Assembly: GCA_963702025.1 (NCBI GenBank)
Contig: OY969699.1
Span: 32,001 to 96,000 of the forward strand
Length of the DNA stretch: 64,000 bases
Direction of reading: 5' to 3'
Source: an uncultured bacterium
Lineage (GTDB): Bacteria > Babelota > Babeliae > Babelales > Vermiphilaceae
Below, one piece after another: positions 61,501-64,000 of this stretch (positions within the stretch are counted from its first letter, which is position 1; every line of letters starts with the position of its first letter). Made by a program: the position numbers and the translations under genes. The notes below the pieces were generated by a model, which worked only from the letters and a program-made list of their open reading frames with translations, was not told the DNA's origin and made no database searches.

Positions 61501-62069
61501 GAAAGCGCATTGGCTTCTTGCTCGCTCAAAGCGGTAATATCTTTTTCACGTTCTCTTATTTTTTCGTAAATCGGCAAAAGGTCTTCATCAAATGAATAGC
61601 TTGATTTACCTAAAAATGTTTGGCCCAATTTTACAAATTCCGGATCGGCAAGATATTCCTGATCCTGCTTATTCAGCTTGTCTATATTTCCTATTACTTT
61701 GGCCCTTGCTTCTTTTAAATCATTATTCGCCTGTAATCTTTCCAGTTCCAGCTGTATTTTTTGCCTAATAAATTGCTCGCTATCAGGATTCATACGCGCC
61801 AGTTGTTCATTAGAATCAATATCATTTTTAAGTTGTTCAACAGTTGCACTTATGGCATTATTAAACTCTTTATCCGTGGCAACCATGGCAGCACGTTCTT
61901 TCTTGCGCGCAGCAAGACGCTCTTGGCGTTCTTCAACAATGGTTGGGAAAAGTTTACCACTGGCCGGCAATAACTTTTTGCTCGTTTCTTCTACCAGCGC
62001 TCCCCCAAAACTGAGTTGCGCGGTCAAAATGCCAAGGATTAAAAAAATATTTTTTTTCACTGTGTTCAT
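58500..62069 (-). CDS. Large MscS-family mechanosensitive channel (MscK-like architecture)
   Basis: Long coiled coil, TM region, then RPVKVGD, V.IPN and V.NW motifs. Confidence 0.88.
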   Translation of the reverse strand: MNTVKKNIFLILGILTAQLSFGGALVEETSKKLLPASGKLFPTIVEERQERLAARKKERAAMVATDKEFNNAISATVEQLKNDIDSNEQLARMNPDSEQFIRQKIQLELERLQANNDLKEARAKVIGNIDKLNKQDQEYLADPEFVKLGQTFLGKSSYSFDEDLLPIYEKIREREKDITALSEQEANALSELQTRKRAAQATIDAFQVSKEKKEPEPGLSARQKAELDTLKEQAFNDRRAADAMKINEIELKHTIAQTELFTAKKQLDELKGILQTIKPLTKINEADVALALEELDKKKQQARPAKEAYQKEIEKINLELKEKEKELDALSKRFNIPLGTELDEWSKEPKRTINSYLALAKVGMLNDEVLGIKRKKELLEAYNSLEDERLRDEALRIGVKDSFFKISNSLFNTEETLSAEIKKYQIQKDENKTNLALYKERLNNVSSMITTQKKALENLTAKLQTVEQEKNSLFKTASVEYEQYVALLKHAQSKIEEQIDLLGKLTGVYTDIISKISNAGKHIDFIIVELGTITPWGRPAHAISWDGIKNSIPDAQSFIKDVVTYIGLLNFSSLWNTIKDQFSPLSNFYHFFVKFLVLLAILFFIKLSLPMVTQNLVSIHAAPAGIRWAGALIAVILGFIAKHMVSIFIWLTIVIFLVGSRCLDPFPYILFYLLSIPYLMYLANRFMKYLVYFNETHDYCLLNKDYQDRFVLVVSTLLYATIAIVCFREAFILGNYHKSELPTLLLTINFIIFQISAILLLSKDQILSLISVKTDFGKALYDLIDTYYYLLQFFLIAVIVMSNPYVGYGRLVLYILKRLLYTAILLQLLLWIHEWIKRISSGIFFYFDTDDEIARDRFPYAKTWYGLLVVLIFAIFIFVGLLIAARIWHGPEVLLKVQKWSDVMVWIKTPFLLENTSSPISLYTLFKIIGFLIAGSMIAFAINRFVLGRIFDILLVDSGVQNTIATLSRYLIIITATILGFHAANLGDVVWWLLGGLILAIGWVIKDPVADLIAYFIIIVQRPVKVGDYIFLNDNVNGFVRRITPRSVEIRRKNSTTVLIPNLQITTQSVANWNHARSFIAFDDIMVTIPYKADPAHVRELLLRVLDESRVILKNPRPVVRLENFSDLGYVFLVRGYMSSNHTADMWDIASDVRLAIVKRLHEHDIQIAYPVRVVVTNSGSIERKKEIN

Positions 62070-62665
62070 AACATCAACCTATCGGTATCTAAAAAATGAA
62101 TGGTCTTAAATGAGTGTGCCAGGGGGTGTACCCGCAGGCAGCACCGTATCCATTCATGCAATACGGGTTTTATGTTTAAATGTATTGACTTATTCATAAT
62201 AGTGTCAATAGATTCTCTTGCAAGAAAATAATAATACGGCTTTTGAAAATGTGGCTCATCAGGATGCATACCCAGCAAAATAAGCAGTTTAAAGAGAAAA
62301 ACAACCTTAAATAACGAGCTTTGATCAGTGCTACTATATTTAAATAATAAAAGAAGAAGCTCAAATATTTCCGTATTACTGCTGCCAAATGGCACAGAAA
62401 AATAACAGACTTCCAGAACATGATGGAGAAATAAAATGTCATCCTGCGCAATCGCTATGGGCACATCAATCAAGTCACACTCTTGAAGCAGATTTAAATG
62501 TCCTTTTTGTTGCCGATAATAAGCAAGAAGCGCACCGCATGCGATAGCATCAGAAGGAGAAATAGCTTCAATTTTGCCCAAATCCTCATCGAGGATAATC
62601 ATTTTCATCTTTTTTGAGAAAAAAGTTTTTAATACAATGCCATTTTTTTTATTCACGTAATCCAC
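62066..62665 (-). CDS. Divergent RecO-like DNA repair protein
   Basis: GIVLK, LGKI.A and F.FKLL.LLG patterns. Confidence 0.5.
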   Translation of the reverse strand: MDYVNKKNGIVLKTFFSKKMKMIILDEDLGKIEAISPSDAIACGALLAYYRQQKGHLNLLQECDLIDVPIAIAQDDILFLHHVLEVCYFSVPFGSSNTEIFELLLLLFKYSSTDQSSLFKVVFLFKLLILLGMHPDEPHFQKPYYYFLARESIDTIMNKSIHLNIKPVLHEWIRCCLRVHPLAHSFKTIHFLDTDRLML

Positions 62666-62804
62666 CTCACTATTGAGCTCTCATCTAATCCTACTTATCA
62701 TTCTTCTATTTCGCTACAAAATTTTTACTGTTTTATGGCATCCCTTGATTTGGCTAGATCGATTTCCATAGATTTAAGGGGAGCCATTTACTCAGGAAGG
62801 TAAA

Positions 62805-64000
62805 ATGATGAAAAATATGATAAAAAAAATCACTTCACTTGGTGTCGCATTATTAGTTCTCTTTTCGTGTTCTCTTTCTGCGTACTATAAAAAACCTCGG
62901 CTTACCGTGATCATGGTGGTTGACCAGTTCGCCTACAACTACATTCGGCAAATGTCCCCCTATTTAAAGCATGGCATTAAATATTTGATGCAACAGGGTA
63001 TCGTTTATGAAAATGCCCTTTTCCCTCACGCAACTCCCTCAACCGGACCGGGCCATGCAGGGCTCAATACCGGCATTACGGCAGATTATCATGGCATTGT
63101 GGGCAACTTTTTTTGCAATCCTTCTTCGGGGCAAAAAATGTCATGCGATGATGATGACGTTAAAACATGCGCAGTAATCAACCCTAAAGGCGGCATGTAT
63201 GAATATGGCAAGGGGCCCGTTAACATTATGGTTGACGGTATCACCGATCAATTCGTGTTGAGCTCTCAGCCTGGCGCAGCGCGCACCTCGCTATCAATTT
63301 CAATTAAAAGTAGAGCTGCCATATGCACCGCAAATAAAATGGGCAAGGCGATATGGTTTGATACTAAAACCGGTCTATTCACCTCAAGCAAGTATTATTA
63401 TGACCAGCTGCCTTCTTGGCTCACGCAATTTAATCGGCAAAAAGGCGTGAATAGGCTTTCTTGCATATCATGGCCACTTTTTTATCCCCGTAATTCAGCA
63501 GCCTATAATTTTAAAGAAATTGATAATTATACCTACAGCTCACACGCTCCTATCGCCGGCAAAACACTTTCAATTGTCAATGCTGAAAATGGCTTTGCTC
63601 TTTTTGAACATACGCCTGCCGCAAATCAACTGCTCTTTGATTTGGCTGCGCGCGCCATTCAAACCCATATCACTCGCACTTCATGCCAAGAAATGATGTT
63701 GTGGGTCTGCTTGAGCCCGCTCGATTTTGTAGGGCACGATTACGGCCCGCAAAGCCGTGAGGCAATTGATATGATCTATCATCTTGATTGTCAGATTGCG
63801 CAATTTATGGATAAAGTTGCCGATTATTTAAAAAGGACCGACGTTTTATACGTCTTAACGGCGGACCACGGCGTGAGCCCTATTCCAGAATTGCTTAATA
63901 AGGAAGGATATCCTGATGCGTGCCGTATCGATTACACAAAAATAATTCAAGAACTCAATGGCTTTATCCATCAAAAGTTTGGCGTTAATGATCTGGCTTG
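62805..64000 (+). CDS. Alkaline phosphatase family protein (PafA-like), 3' truncated by the window
   Basis: VVDQF, TGPGHA..TG, K.RAA, D.VGH.YGP.S.E and TADHG motifs. Confidence 0.88.
   Translation, partial: MMKNMIKKITSLGVALLVLFSCSLSAYYKKPRLTVIMVVDQFAYNYIRQMSPYLKHGIKYLMQQGIVYENALFPHATPSTGPGHAGLNTGITADYHGIVGNFFCNPSSGQKMSCDDDDVKTCAVINPKGGMYEYGKGPVNIMVDGITDQFVLSSQPGAARTSLSISIKSRAAICTANKMGKAIWFDTKTGLFTSSKYYYDQLPSWLTQFNRQKGVNRLSCISWPLFYPRNSAAYNFKEIDNYTYSSHAPIAGKTLSIVNAENGFALFEHTPAANQLLFDLAARAIQTHITRTSCQEMMLWVCLSPLDFVGHDYGPQSREAIDMIYHLDCQIAQFMDKVADYLKRTDVLYVLTADHGVSPIPELLNKEGYPDACRIDYTKIIQELNGFIHQKFGVNDLA

Overview
AT-rich bacterial window with many signal-peptide, ankyrin and RING proteins and a split F-type ATP synthase operon. 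This suggests an intracellular protist-associated bacterium, probably Babeliae/Dependentiae (inference only). About 4.8-39.6 kb appears to be a tandem stack of up to four integrative elements at the 3' end of tRNA-Arg(TCT). The crossover (TGGTGT) lies inside each large serine recombinase gene, leaving a detached C-terminal tail at each element's far end. Element A is satellite/PICI-like (XRE-ImmA with operators, primase, iteron origin, TerS-like gene, about 17 kb of cargo). Element B carries a replication initiator with in-frame palindromic inserts. Elements C and D are decayed. Between the tRNA and atpA lies an effector-like cluster: two signal-peptide ankyrin-RBR (RING-IBR-RING) E3 ligase-like genes and an F-box-like ankyrin gene, with displaced copies of the atpA 3' end separating gene blocks. 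The right third is core-like: atpEFFHA, recD2, an amidase-like gene, a large MscS, a recO-like gene and a PafA-like phosphatase. All family calls come from reading motifs by eye, with no database searches.
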